Origin: Convolutriloba macropyga | Lineage: Eukaryota | Length of the DNA: 64,000 nucleotides | Assembly (NCBI RefSeq): GCF_964194025.1 | Contig: NC_134479.1 | Location: forward strand, 8,742,001-8,806,000 | Direction: 5' to 3' | In this document: in pieces, positions 1-12,104 of the stretch | Layout of the letters: every line of letters begins with the position of its first letter | Position numbering within the stretch: position 1 is the first letter of the stretch | Made by a program: the position numbers and the translations under genes | Notes under the pieces: model-generated | The model's input: the letters and a program-made list of their open reading frames with translations, nothing else | Told to the model about the DNA's origin: nothing | Databases searched by the model: none

Positions 1-255
1 ACCATGGTCTGAAGATGGTCTGATCATAGTCTGTTTATAGTCTGCACAATTTTCTGAATTTGGGTCTGATCATAAGCGCACTATATTCTGGTTAGTGGTC
101 TGGGTTCGGTCTGATCAGAGGACATTTTGGTCTGGAAAGTCTGATCAGAGATCATTTTGGTCTGGATGGCCTGATCAGAGGTAACTTCGGTCTGGAAAGT
201 CTGATCAGAGGTCCTTTCAGTCTGCATAGTCTGATCACAGCTCAATTTGGGTCTG
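1..255. repeat. ~30-bp tandem repeat (GTCTGATCAGAG...GGTCTGGAAA), running into the assembly gap
   Basis: GTCTGATCAGAG recurs at ~30-bp spacing (109, 139, 169, 199, 229). The SDQT repeats in the ORF track reflect this. Confidence 0.85.
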
Positions 256-1104
256 NNNNNNNNNNNNNNNNNNNNNNNNNNNNNNNNNNNNNNNNNNNNN
301 NNNNNNNNNNNNNNNNNNNNNNNNNNNNNNNNNNNNNNNNNNNNNNNNNNNNNNNNNNNNNNNNNNNNNNNNNNNNNNNNNNNNNNNNNNNNNNNNNNNN
401 NNNNNNNNNNNNNNNNNNNNNNNNNNNNNNNNNNNNNNNNNNNNNNNNNNNNNNNNNNNNNNNNNNNNNNNNNNNNNNNNNNNNNNNNNNNNNNNNNNNN
501 NNNNNNNNNNNNNNNNNNNNNNNNNNNNNNNNNNNNNNNNNNNNNNNNNNNNNNNNNNNNNNNNNNNNNNNNNNNNNNNNNNNNNNNNNNNNNNNNNNNN
601 NNNNNNNNNNNNNNNNNNNNNNNNNNNNNNNNNNNNNNNNNNNNNNNNNNNNNNNNNNNNNNNNNNNNNNNNNNNNNNNNNNNNNNNNNNNNNNNNNNNN
701 NNNNNNNNNNNNNNNNNNNNNNNNNNNNNNNNNNNNNNNNNNNNNNNNNNNNNNNNNNNNNNNNNNNNNNNNNNNNNNNNNNNNNNNNNNNNNNNNNNNN
801 NNNNNNNNNNNNNNNNNNNNNNNNNNNNNNNNNNNNNNNNNNNNNNNNNNNNNNNNNNNNNNNNNNNNNNNNNNNNNNNNNNNNNNNNNNNNNNNNNNNN
901 NNNNNNNNNNNNNNNNNNNNNNNNNNNNNNNNNNNNNNNNNNNNNNNNNNNNNNNNNNNNNNNNNNNNNNNNNNNNNNNNNNNNNNNNNNNNNNNNNNNN
1001 NNNNNNNNNNNNNNNNNNNNNNNNNNNNNNNNNNNNNNNNNNNNNNNNNNNNNNNNNNNNNNNNNNNNNNNNNNNNNNNNNNNNNNNNNNNNNNNNNNNN
1101 NNNN
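256..1104. other. Assembly gap (849 N)
   Basis: Run of N. Confidence 1.
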
Positions 1105-2067
1105 TGCAGTTTTCTCAGCATAAGTTTTGTTTTCATTTAAAAAATGTGAAATAACTTTTTTTAAAGAACAGCAATATAATCATAAAGTAAATGAATCAAT
1201 GTGTCGCGAATAACTCTTTTGAATTGTTTTAGTTCTTTTCACGCCACATACCTTAGCAGGATATCATTTCACCTCTCCATCAAGTCACTTCTCGCATTAA
1301 CAGTCGACATCTTCAAGCTTGATTTTGTCGCCGTTTAGCGAACAATAAATTAACCCAATTTTCGGATGTTATTTTTATATCTTTATATCAAGCCAGACGA
1401 GCCACTATGGCTAACGAGGCCACGAAGCTTGACTATGGCTGGCAATGCATGGCCAAATGTTTGTATAACCAATAAATAAACCAATTATAACCAGGATCAA
1501 CTCGATTCGAGTTCGAATTGATAGAGGCGTCGATTTGAAATTTTAAATCTGAAACCAACTTTTTAACAGCCATTGCATGCAAGTCGTAAAAATTCGGTAT
1601 TCTGCAATTCGTTTTTCCGAATATTAGTAATGCAAGAAGGTTATGCTATTTTTCGATAGTTAGATTTTTCGTTTGTGTCTTATTAACATTCAATTAACAG
1701 CTTTTTACGGAAACTAATTAGAAATATGAATCCAGCAAAATTTACTCGAACAAAAGTTAGGTTCGCAATGTTTTATATTTCAGTTCATTTTTGCTTTCTG
1801 TTGCGTTTGTATGAAAACCCAATTACAATTAAAGTGCGGAAGAATCACTGATAATTTATAAAGAATGACAAACAAAAAAATAATCAATGATTTTCCTTTT
1901 TACACCTTTATAGTAAAATTATTTGTTCAAAATTTAAATTGATTTTTTTCTCAAAATCAATAATATATGACAGAAGTATAAAAATTTGCTTATAGTGAAC
2001 AATTTTATTTTTACAAATAACTTTTTCACTGTTATTTTATTAATCATTCAACTAATTTTTTTTTAAG

Positions 2068-2405
2068 TGACCTGGAAAACAGAAGTTGAAGTTGGCGATT
2101 TCACTGTGGATCCAAACGTCATAGCACTAAGAGTTCGAGTCGCAGCACGTCATCACGAGTTTTACTGTCACAGAACAGAGCGTAATGACATAGCGCTCCT
2201 TCGCCTGCCCGAATCGGTAGACCCCAGACGGGTAGTACCAATTTGCACCCAAGATTATTACATGGTTAAGACTTTGGGTGTTTGTGGCATGGGAAGAACA
2301 CGAGACGAGAAACGAGCGTCTGTTTTGCGAGAGATTAAATTTCTGGAAACAAGGAAAATCTTTCCATCAATCTTAATAAATCAAAAAATCCAAAAGTTTT
2401 ATCAT
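2068..2405 (+). CDS. S1 serine protease gene 1, exon 2 (catalytic Asp exon)
   Basis: T-tract and AG acceptor at 2066-67 (phase 1, as in the paralogues). Encodes RNDIALLRLP, VVPIC and GVCGMG. GT donor at 2406 (phase 0). Exon 1 is not visible (gap or upstream). Confidence 0.85.
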
Positions 2406-2671
2406 GTAGGATTGATCTTTGATGTTCTTAACCATTAAAAAGTTTCTTCCCTATTTGAGCTGAATTGGCAAGATCTCCTTATCAGGGAAACTCACTGCTG
2501 GAAGGACTGTTATTGGTAAGATGTGACCAGGAAATCCTATGAGCAGAAATAACTGAACTTACAGATTCTTGCCGCAATTTTTAATTGCAGTTTGTCAGTG
2601 AGCCCTCTTCTCACTTCCTCCATCAATATACTAGTAATTAGTCTTTGTTTAATTAAAAGCATTGATTGAAT

Positions 2672-2978
2672 CCCCCCCCCCCCCCAGCTTAGTGGATGTA
2701 TATTATCTGCCCCCCCCCCCCCCCCGACGCACGTGCCATATTTTTGCAAAATGATTTACTGTGTAACGACACGTGCTCTGTAACTGGGGGGCACATAGCG
2801 TACTGGGGGGGGGGGGAACAAACGGGAAAAAATTCATAAATATTAGTAGGAACACTTTTGGAGCACAGTTATGTACTGCACAGTTATGGAGCACGTGCCA
2901 TTACACAGTATATAATTATGTATATAATTACACAGTATATAAATAAATAATTATAATATGCACCCACTAAGCTGGGGG
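2672..2978. repeat. Inverted-repeat element with long C/G homopolymers (MITE-like)
   Basis: CCCCCAGCTTAGTGGATGTATATTAT (2681-2706) and ATAATATGCACCCACTAAGCTGGGGG (2953-2978) match 24/26 as inverted repeats. Long C and G runs inside. Confidence 0.55.
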
Positions 2979-4409
2979 ACACAAACGGAAAAGATCATAG
3001 TAGCCTTCCATATGACATTGTTATAGGGAATTCCGATGGAGGTTTACACAGAGAAACCCGTGATTAAATTTCGTTGATTTCATACAAGGATCATGTATGA
3101 TTTCATACTGCCCAGTCGATTTCTTAGCACAATCCTAAAATGTCTGAAACCAAAGAAATTTGCTCCTAATATGAAACCAAAGAAACAATATTTGTTTTTT
3201 TGAAGGCACTGAAATTGAGTATAAAGAAATCATGCAAATCATATATGACCTAGTATGATTACAGGGATAAATTTTTTTCTGCACAATTTGCATCGTTGTT
3301 TGATTTTTTTTCCGTATCAGTAGTTTATAACATAACAATTTAAGCCATTTGAGAATAAGTCTGAATTTTTGTCAGATCTTTTCCAAGTAATCATACTCTA
3401 CCGAGTATTTATAAAACTCATATATGACCTAGTACAAAACCAAAGAACTTTCAAAAGTTATAATTGTAGTCAGCCAAAACTTGAACCGTATCAACACTTC
3501 ACACAACAGAAATAAACTTATACGACATTAAAAACTCTCTGTATAAAATATTAAAGATATTTTTGTGAAAGTGACGTTTTTTAGCGAGTGACGGCAGACT
3601 TTTAAGCATTTTCTGGACTGTTAGTGATGAGAAAGTTGACTTCTTCGAGATAATTTTTCAAACCCAAAGGAACCATTTTTGACTGAAGCTTTATTAGAGA
3701 GTAATCAAGGAAAGTAATTTATGGCGGACGTTTGATTATTGAAAATAAATTCCATATTTTAGATCGTACGACATCAAAAAAAATCTCTCAAAATTTAGCA
3801 CAGCCATTTAAAGCGGATTCGACTAGACATTTATTGCCTTTTATTGTCTTAAAGTGAAAGTAATTGTTCGAATCTGAGCCAAACCGTGATGCTCGAGCTG
3901 AAACTACTTAGAGCTGATTTTTCTTAGCGGCAACCATAACAGTACGCTGCGATTAAAAAACGATAGCAAAAAAAAGAAAGACACGATAAAATCAGTTTTT
4001 ATCAGGAACTTGTGCTACTATGTTGTCACTGATGCCACACAAAACGTCAGCCTTTATCATTATCTTGCGGGTTCGAGTGGGTTGGAGTTTTGAATAAACA
4101 ATCTTTTTGCAGAACCTTGTCAAGGTTTTTGCATGAAGACTGAAATAAAGAAAAAAAATTGTAAGAAAAGTTTTTGTCACCTTTTCCCAAACACAGTAAA
4201 TTGTTTCAGATTTTTTATTAAAACTGTGTCGAATGGATGTCGCTTGTTAACCACTCTAAGCTAAATAACATGCCTTTCTAATGCAATCTATTTTTTAAAT
4301 GAAATTTAAGAAATTGAAATGGTTAAATTATATAATCAGATAACTAAGAGGCACTTCATTATGTCTTCTTTACCTAGATACAAGCCATGTACATTGAATT
4401 ATATCACTA

Positions 4410-4861
4410 CCCGAGTCAAGATTCGGAGGTGAATTTTTGTGAGAAATGCAGTGAAATGCGGTGAAAAGAAATTAACCGACGTATTTCTTACATCTTTTAG
4501 TCGTGAATGAGGTGAATTGCGGCAATTTTTTTCGTCGGGTTCTCGGTATTTACACAAAAAAGCAATTTCCATACATGGGTTCGAACCTCCTGCATGCTTT
4601 CAACCTCTTATTCTACTCTGCCAACTGTCACGTACTTCTATGATACTTCTTGTGAATTTAAATCAGATTCAATAAATGTTGGATAACATAAACTATGAAT
4701 TTTTGCAATAAAGGCGGTGAACTTCGCGGTGAAATTTTGTAAGAAATGCGGTGAAATGCTGTTTTTTCCACCGCATCTACGGCAATCATTGCATTTCTCA
4801 CAAAAATTCAGCGCATTCACCGCTTTTCTTACAAAAATTTATCCGAAAACCTCGACCCGGG
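4410..4861. mobile_element. Non-autonomous DNA transposon with CCC...GGG ends (CMC/EnSpm-like)
   Basis: Imperfect TIRs CCCGAGTCAAGATTCGGAGGTGAATTTTTGT / ACAAAAATTTATCCGAAAACCTCGACCCGGG. Repeated GCGGTGAA subterminal motif in both orientations. Confidence 0.6.
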
Positions 4862-5138
4862 TGTTCTTTAATACATGCATGGCTTCGTTCAGGATATACG
4901 AACAAAGTGTGCATGGAGATTCATAATGAAGGTTTGTATCTAATGGTCAATTTAGTTGACGGTATCGAAGTTTTGTTACCCAACAACAATAGCAAAACGA
5001 AAGTTTTTACGCTTGAATTTTTCCTTCAGACTCAAGATTGAAATAAAATAAAAAAACTGTAAAAATGATTCATTGTTGAGTTGTCCAAAGAGCATAGAGA
5101 AATCATTGTTTTCTTCCTAACTATTCGAAAAAAATAAG

Positions 5139-5441
5139 TATGGAAATGATTCGACAAAAAGAGAACGGGACAAAAAATGCAATTACGCTCCAAAATCACA
5201 TCCCAAATTCGATCCAGATATACACATTTGCGCTGGCGAATATCCGGATGGAATTGGACAGTCTACCTGTGACGGTGATTCGGGTGGACCTCTGTTTCCA
5301 TACGGTGAACATTCTTACCCAATATGCATTTACGGAGTGACCAGTCATGGACCCACTAAATGCCCTGGACCCGCTTCCATATTCACGCGAGTGTCATACT
5401 ACGCTGATTGGATAAATCGAACCATGCAAGAATTGAGTTAA
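5139..5441 (+). CDS. S1 serine protease gene 1, last exon (catalytic Ser exon); frame not shown in the ORF track
   Basis: My translation from the AG at 5137-38: YGNDSTKRERDKKCNYAPKSHPKFDPDIHICAGEYPDGIGQSTCDGDSGGPLFPYGEHSYPICIYGVTSHGPTKCPGPASIFTRVSYYADWINRTMQELS*. Phase 0 matches the donor at 2406. Confidence 0.92.
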   Translation, partial: YGNDSTKRERDKKCNYAPKSHPKFDPDIHICAGEYPDGIGQSTCDGDSGGPLFPYGEHSYPICIYGVTSHGPTKCPGPASIFTRVSYYADWINRTMQELS

Positions 5442-5634
5442 AATGAAGTTTCTTTGGGAGCACAAATAAGTCAGCGGTTCTTTCGCCTGCATTAAGAGAC
5501 AGAAGTCAATTTGGACTATTTTACCTAGTTAATTCCACAAAACGTATCATAATACATGTAAAAAGGGGACTTTTCAAGGGAACGGTTTTACTTATTGAAA
5601 TATATCAACGGTTATACAGCGCATTGCAGCGTTA

Positions 5635-5806
5635 GTTTTTTGACCGGTCAAAATTAACTGAAAAACCCCCTACTAAGTGGTTTGGGAACTACTATATTGC
5701 CCTGTTACTGTGTAATTAACTAGTTATTTGTACAGTAACAGGGCAATATATTAGTTCCCAACCCACTTATTGGGGTTTTTTCAGTTCATTTTGACCGATC
5801 GAAAAC
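5635..5806. repeat. ~170-bp spacerless palindrome (foldback MITE-like)
   Basis: Arms TGACCGGTCAAAATTAACTGAAAAACCCC...GCCCTGTTACTGT and their reverse complement around a TAACTAGTTA centre. Confidence 0.8.
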
Positions 5807-6013
5807 ATGCCGTAGAGTGGTGTCATTAGAAAGTTCATTCAGCGAAGAAATTCTTTCAGCTGAATTTCGCTTTTTTCTTAACATGAGGGTTGCTGATATT
5901 TTTTGTTTCACTTTTTCTGCAAAAAATTTGTGTGATCTTTGACAATATATTTTTACTGTGAAAAATATTCTAATATGAAAACCGTTATTTTAGCTAAAAC
6001 TGCTGATAATCTC

Positions 6014-6570
6014 GGTAGTGTACCGCAAGCAACAGTACTTGGACAACTCTTATTTATTCTGTAAATTAATGATATGACAACAAGAGTTGACAACGAAACT
6101 GAACTTATACAATATACTGACCACGCTGTTAATTTAACTTAAGATACTTAAACTTAAGCAACTAATTCAAAAAATCATAAACAACACCCGAAAAATAAAG
6201 TTTCTAAAACCTTGAGATGAAGACATATGGTATTAAGTTAATTACACTATTCAGCAGTTACCTCCACGCAGTTGATCAAAATCTAATTTTATCTTATGAA
6301 AAACAGCTAAACTGGGCATTACGGTCAACATGTTTTAGACAAAACTTTGAATCTGTTCAAGATATCAAATTCAGTCTGTAAAGTAATACTCCCAGTAAGA
6401 CCCTAATTGCAAAAAAAGATCTTACAATACTTAACGAAAATGAAAAAAGGTACTACTTGCTTTTAAACCGTGTTCTGGACGTCAAAACCGTGCAAAACCG
6501 TGCAAAACCCATTTGAGAGATCAGCAATAATAGAATGGAACGAACTACCGAGTGAAATTATAATCAAAAA
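6014..6570 (+). pseudogene. Decayed non-LTR (LINE) reverse transcriptase fragment
   Basis: GSVPQATVLGQLLFIL*INDMT...LIQYTDH matches the LINE RT pattern GVPQGSxLGPLLFxxYINDL...YADD. Downstream EWNELPSEI matches the WNxLP C-terminal motif. Confidence 0.75.
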
Positions 6571-8427
6571 GACAAAAATACTTCGCCATTGAGCCTAAAA
6601 GTCTCAACTGAGCAGCTTTTTCATTGAACCCTTTTTTGTGGAAGGTTACCTGCTCAATATGGCGTGATTTTAACTTAGAAGAATTACATAGACTTAATAT
6701 TGTTGGTTTGACGTATAAAAAGCTATCAGTTTAACGCCTTTTTTTCTTTGAATTAGCAACAAAAGTTCAATTTATCTAATTTTTATGTGGATTGCTTTAG
6801 AATCAAATATTTTGCAGTGGTAAACTCGTTCATGTGGCTCGGAATTTAGTTTCGATTTTTTTCTGCACAAATATTGTTCACACGACTGTCATAAAAAGTA
6901 CCTACATCTATTTATGGAAAAAAGTAGTTTTGCCAAATTTTTCCTGATAATTTTCATACGTTTATGGTAAAGATAGCTCCTTTTAGCGGCAAATGTTGCC
7001 ACAAAGTTTTGCAAAAATTTTCAACGAGAATTAGGCCTTCGATAAGTTTCAAATTTTCCCCCTAAGTCATTCGGAAAACAAAAACCAACGTTCTTGTGCA
7101 ATTTTAATACTAACATTTTGTTGGAAAAGGGCTATGCAGTTCTGGGAAATAATGCATATCGTGAAATTGGCACTGAAAATCAAATTTAAGTTTCAGACTC
7201 CAAAGTGTTGTCTATCTGTTGATGTAATTTAGTAGCTTCATTTCATTTTTCCACTTTCTCCGGAAGGAAGAAATTGCTGCGAAAAAAAGAATAAACCGAA
7301 GGAGCGCACGCTGGTGGAATGCGAGGCGCTGTCGGAACCACACTGGAGTTTTTATATCCAATCATTGGGATAGTTAACCGAAGGCTAGTTTCTCCGACAC
7401 TCCAGACTAAGTTTCCACTGCATACCTGCTGCTTGACAGGCTTGTGCAAATTGAATCTGCTTTTTAAAACGTGTAGATACTTTTGAAATCAATACACAAA
7501 AACATCGTTCAGCTTTTCGTTAAACTGTTTACTTTCTGACGATGGTCGAAGTCGTTAAACAATGTGATCAACGCAATTTCGGTTGCTCGCTCATCGTGCT
7601 AAATTGATTAGCTGGCATGAAGACATAGAGGCGGCGAGTCAGCGCAAACGGGATTAGCGGACGTGTGTTCAACGCATTTTTAACTAAGGAAAAAGTATGT
7701 TCCAAATAAGTTCGAGCAAAAATAAGTCCAAATCATAGCCTACTTACCCTGCCGAGAGTTCAAAAGCTCCACTTCTTTTACACAATTTCTAACTTCAATG
7801 ATCAGGAAACCTCGAAATAGACAGATTGAGAAGTAAAATGGGTAATTAGAAATGCCCATCTTCTCTCCTTGGTCTAGGAGAACAATTCTTTCGACAGTGA
7901 GAAAAAGCTGCCTGAACAAGGTGTTGATGAGGACGCGCGGCTTTGCCACGTTCAACATTATTCGTTATGCTGCCATAGACGGTATGGTAGATTTTGTAAG
8001 ATTAAATGAGACAGTCACATAGACGATGATGCAAAGAGGACTTTTTCTTAAGAACTGAACTTAACAAATCAATTAAGTTCAATTCTTTTTAGTTATAACG
8101 ATTAACTGAAGACGCCACGAAACTTAAGATGGAGTCAGAACCCTGTTCCTTATTAGCAGTGTCGAGTTTGTCTACACGATTATCACAAAAATTACCTGCA
8201 ATTATTTCAGGTAAAAATGTATTTCGGCTGTTTTTTAGATTAAAAGTTTCATTTACACTTTGTCAGGTAACCTTCTGAAAGGGAGAAGTTTTGCGAGAAT
8301 TATATTACGCCGAAGGAGCGGGCGATGTTAGAATGCGAGACGCTAGACGCTGTGGGATATGCACCGGAGTTTTCATATCTAGTCAGCCGGATAGTTATCA
8401 CAGGCTTGATTTCTTCTACAATTCCGA

Positions 8428-8801
8428 CCCAGGTCGAGGTTATCGTTTGTGCTCGTTTATGACGCAGACCGTTTTTGAACGCACACAGGGGGTATGGTGC
8501 GTTCAAACATACACAGGCGAGGAATTTTTTTGAACGAGCAACATAAACGCACCAAGTACTTACGGTCGAGCCAAAGTCTGCCCCATAGACGAGCCAAAAA
8601 CTGCCCCATAGACGAGCCAAAAACTGGTCTGTACGGGTCTTTTCATAAGAGTTTTTGAACGAGCACATAAACGCACCAAAATTTTGAACGAGGCAAAGTC
8701 TGGATCATAGGCATTTTTGGTCTGCCTGGGTATTTTCATAAGCAAAAATAGTCTGGATGGGTATTTTCATAAGGACTTTTGAACGAGGACCTCAACCTGG
8801 G
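8428..8801. mobile_element. Non-autonomous CMC/EnSpm-like DNA transposon with 2-bp TSD GA
   Basis: Ends CCCAGGTCGAGG / CCTCAACCTGGG, with GA on both sides (8426-27, 8802-03). A diverged empty-site paralogue lies at ~7295-7500. Confidence 0.75.
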
Positions 8802-8989
8802 GACTAAAGTTCTGGTGCCTATGTGCTGCTTTACAGGCATCTGCAAAAAAACTTGAAAATCAAAACCTGTAGATACCCCTCAAATCAATGCATCAAAATG
8901 CAAAGATTGAGGTAATCTACTTTGACAACCATTAGGACGTTTGGATTAGATTTGCTTGTTGAATTTTCTTTATTAGTCAATAATAGATG

Positions 8990-9960
8990 AATGAGTTCAT
9001 TCTGATATAAGTTGAGGGGGTTCCATGATTTATTCAAATTCATTTTGACTTAAAGTTGCACTGAAATTTAACGCCCACTGAGTCATATTGTACTGATCAA
9101 ACAGATTTAAGTCCCTATGATACACAGGAATTAGTTTCAAAGGCCGAAGAAGCATTACACAAACACGTCATTTTTTTGTTGTTTGCTTTACCATCGCATC
9201 TAAATAGTTCAAGTGAATTGGAAGCTACTTTCCATTAGCATATTTTATAGCCATCTGCGAACTTTCAGATATACTCACAATAGCATTTGCACCAATACCA
9301 TTACCAAAGGAATTCAAATGCATACGCTGTTAGGATTCACTTTGAAAGTTAACATGAACAGTGCGTAATTTTGGTTTTTACATTTTCCGAAACTTTGAAT
9401 AGTTTCTTGTATCTAATTTCACTTTCCGAATTTTGTTCAATTTCACCACAGTGGTTCAAAAAATATGAAGAAATCAAAATGCTTAAAATGAAGAGCCAGT
9501 TAGCTCAACGATTCACGAATAATGCGTTTACTTTCTTACATAAATTACATAAGAGATGAGCTCATTATTCCACATTCAAATCATATAAAGATTTTTGAAC
9601 TCAAGTTTTTCGTTGACTCGCTTAAAGACAAACTTATTCTTACCAACATTAATAGCATTATCAACATCTTCCTCTTTCTCAATTCACGAGTTATCTTGGT
9701 ACGAAATGGAGCGAGGTTATCATTCACAATAAAATATTTTTTGAAAAATTTATTTCATCTTCCTAAATTGGTGGTTAACACCATGTCTAAAAAATTTGGC
9801 AGTTGTTGTCATTGGGTCCAAATAGAACTTTGTAAGAGATTACATTTACTAAAATTATCTGCAGTAACTAAATCGACGATCTTCTCAGCTGCACTCACAC
9901 CTTTGCAAAGACACTCTCAACTGGCTCCTCCACCACATCAAAAATACGCACTGTTTTTCT
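8990..9960 (-). pseudogene. Possible highly decayed LINE 5' region (ORF1 and APE endonuclease remnants)
   Basis: Minus-strand fragments RKTVRIFDVVEEPVESVF, IVNDNLAPFRTKITRELRK and MHLNSF...IVSISES resemble LINE ORF1 and endonuclease motifs. Many stops. Confidence 0.3.
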
Positions 9961-10395
9961 AGTCACAGAAGCTCCAAGCTTCTTTTTAACTCCTGGACAA
10001 AACAAAAACCACAGAGGAAGGGCGTTAAGAAAATGTTTTTGTGTATGTGTCGGCGTTTTCAAGATCGTCCAGATGGTGCAGGCACTCCCATCAAAACGCT
10101 CTCCTAATAAATTCCACAGGAAGATTGCTATTTTCTTTATCTCGCCGGAATTTTCTGTGGATGCAGAGCTCGTGACTCATCTCGTCCTGATTTTTAAATT
10201 TAAAGTCAATCTGAAGCGACTTATTAGACAGCCGGAGCTGTTTATGAAGTCAATCACACTCCAAAGAAAACAACATAACGGGAATTGCAGCTTAGTCGCA
10301 CCTTAAAACTATGGCCGTTTTTCACGACCTAGATGATTGAGGGCGCTTAACAATTTTTTTATATGTAATTGAAATCTTTTCAACAACGTGCGCGC

Positions 10396-10655
10396 CCAGA
10401 CTGAGGTCCCAAACCCAAAGTGGATATGTCCAGACAGGCCCAGACGGAAAGTGCCTATGTCCAGACCGTCCCAGACTCAAAGTGCCTATGTCCAGACCGT
10501 CCCAGACGGAAAGTGGATATGTCCAGACTATCGTGCGTTCAAAATTTTTCGTGCGTTCTTCGTGCGTTCGAAGACATATATGTCCAGACCATCCCAGAAC
10601 AAAACAGTATATGTCCAGACCGTGCGTTCTTGTCCAGATAATCGTGCGCTCCAAA
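10396..10655. repeat. CCCAG-terminated element end with ~29-bp tandem repeats (TATGTCCAGACCGTCCCAGACGGAAAGTG)
   Basis: Repeated TATGTCCAGAC. The 5' end CCCAGACTGAGGTCCC is related to the ends at 33188, 33723 and 62447. Confidence 0.7.
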
Positions 10656-12104
10656 TCAAATTGGACAATCAGCATCGAGTTCTAATTTTTAGAAATTTTT
10701 AAGTACTTGAACCCCGTCTTTACATTGTTTATCGTTATTTCGTCATAGCACATTCGCAAAGTATTTTTTATCATTGGGATAAGTTTTTTGGAAAATTCAA
10801 AATTTACCACCTTCGTAATTTTTTCTTTTCGAAAGCAAGTAATTACATCATATTGAAAAGATACTAAAATTAACAGCGATTTGGCCAATTTTAATTTTTA
10901 TTTTAGAGTTTTTTGAAAATTAGAATTCACCAAATCGCCGTTAATAATAGTATTTTTACAATATGAAAAAAATCACTTGCATTAATTGAATACAAATTTT
11001 TCAGCCTAAGATTCCATTTTTTTTTTCGCATTATCATTTATAGGCAGTTTGGCGGGGATGCTGGCTCGCTATAATTACAAGTATCAATACTTTGTGGGCA
11101 TGCGTTTTGTGGTAACATAAACCATCTGGAATCAATATCACTGATACAATATTTATGGTTGAAAGTTTGATAACAACTGTCTATTTCTCAAATGAATGAT
11201 AACACAGTCCCGTGAGTAATTTTGGTGAAGGTAAAATTATTTAGAAATAAATGTAGTCATATTTCAAAAAAAGTTTTTCGGTTGAGGTGACAGGTGCCAT
11301 TACGTACATTACACTGTAAATAATTAGTTAAGAACATGCGGTTAGATTATGCGGTGGGAGAACAGTTAAAGGGTGTTTTCATAGTTATTAAACAGTTTCG
11401 TAGAACTGAAAATTAATGTCAAATGCGTCCTCTGATTTTATCTTCACCTGTGATATCCCTGACCAACATCCCAAAGCAAACCAGTACTGATTCATTCTAC
11501 TCGATTCTGTAATTTTGCTCTGAACAGTACGATATACATGTCATTTTTTAGACTTTTTATGGCAAAATCAGAACAAAAATTTAGGTTTCGCTGAATTTAA
11601 GCTCGGACCTACTGAGAAGCTGATACAGTCTGAGTGCTCAATTAATGGTCCACAAACAAATTTCTTTGTTAAAACCAAACGTTTTTTTCTCTTGTGGCTT
11701 AGATACTCAGAACCTCCCAACAACTATGGACAATTTCGAAAAAGAATCAATTCGAAAAAAATTAAAGACGCTGCATAAGCTTTAAAAGTACTTAGTTAAA
11801 CCTTAAACTTATTAAAAAAAATAAAAGATGTGGATATCGATAATATATTTGGGTTTTATTAAGCGAAAAGTCAACTTTTTAATAAGTGGACGTCAAAAGC
11901 AGATGTTTAAATTCATAACTTTTCCAAGACATTCAGAAACGCAACTAACCGACAGTTGAAAAAATCAAAGTTTGAGTTAAGCCGGAAAATGTTTGCGATT
12001 GTCTCTGGTAAGAAGTATGCAAAACTGTAAAAGCAAAACTCCAACATGCGATGGAAAATAAAATAATTTTACAAATTCGGGTTAGTAGTGTAAGGATAAA
12101 AGAA

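Noticed and set aside
81-1140. 351-aa and 297-aa ORFs
   Set aside because: Artefacts of translating through the N gap and a 30-bp repeat
9522-9962. 146-aa + strand ORF
   Set aside because: No recognisable motif; the opposite strand looks more like a decayed LINE
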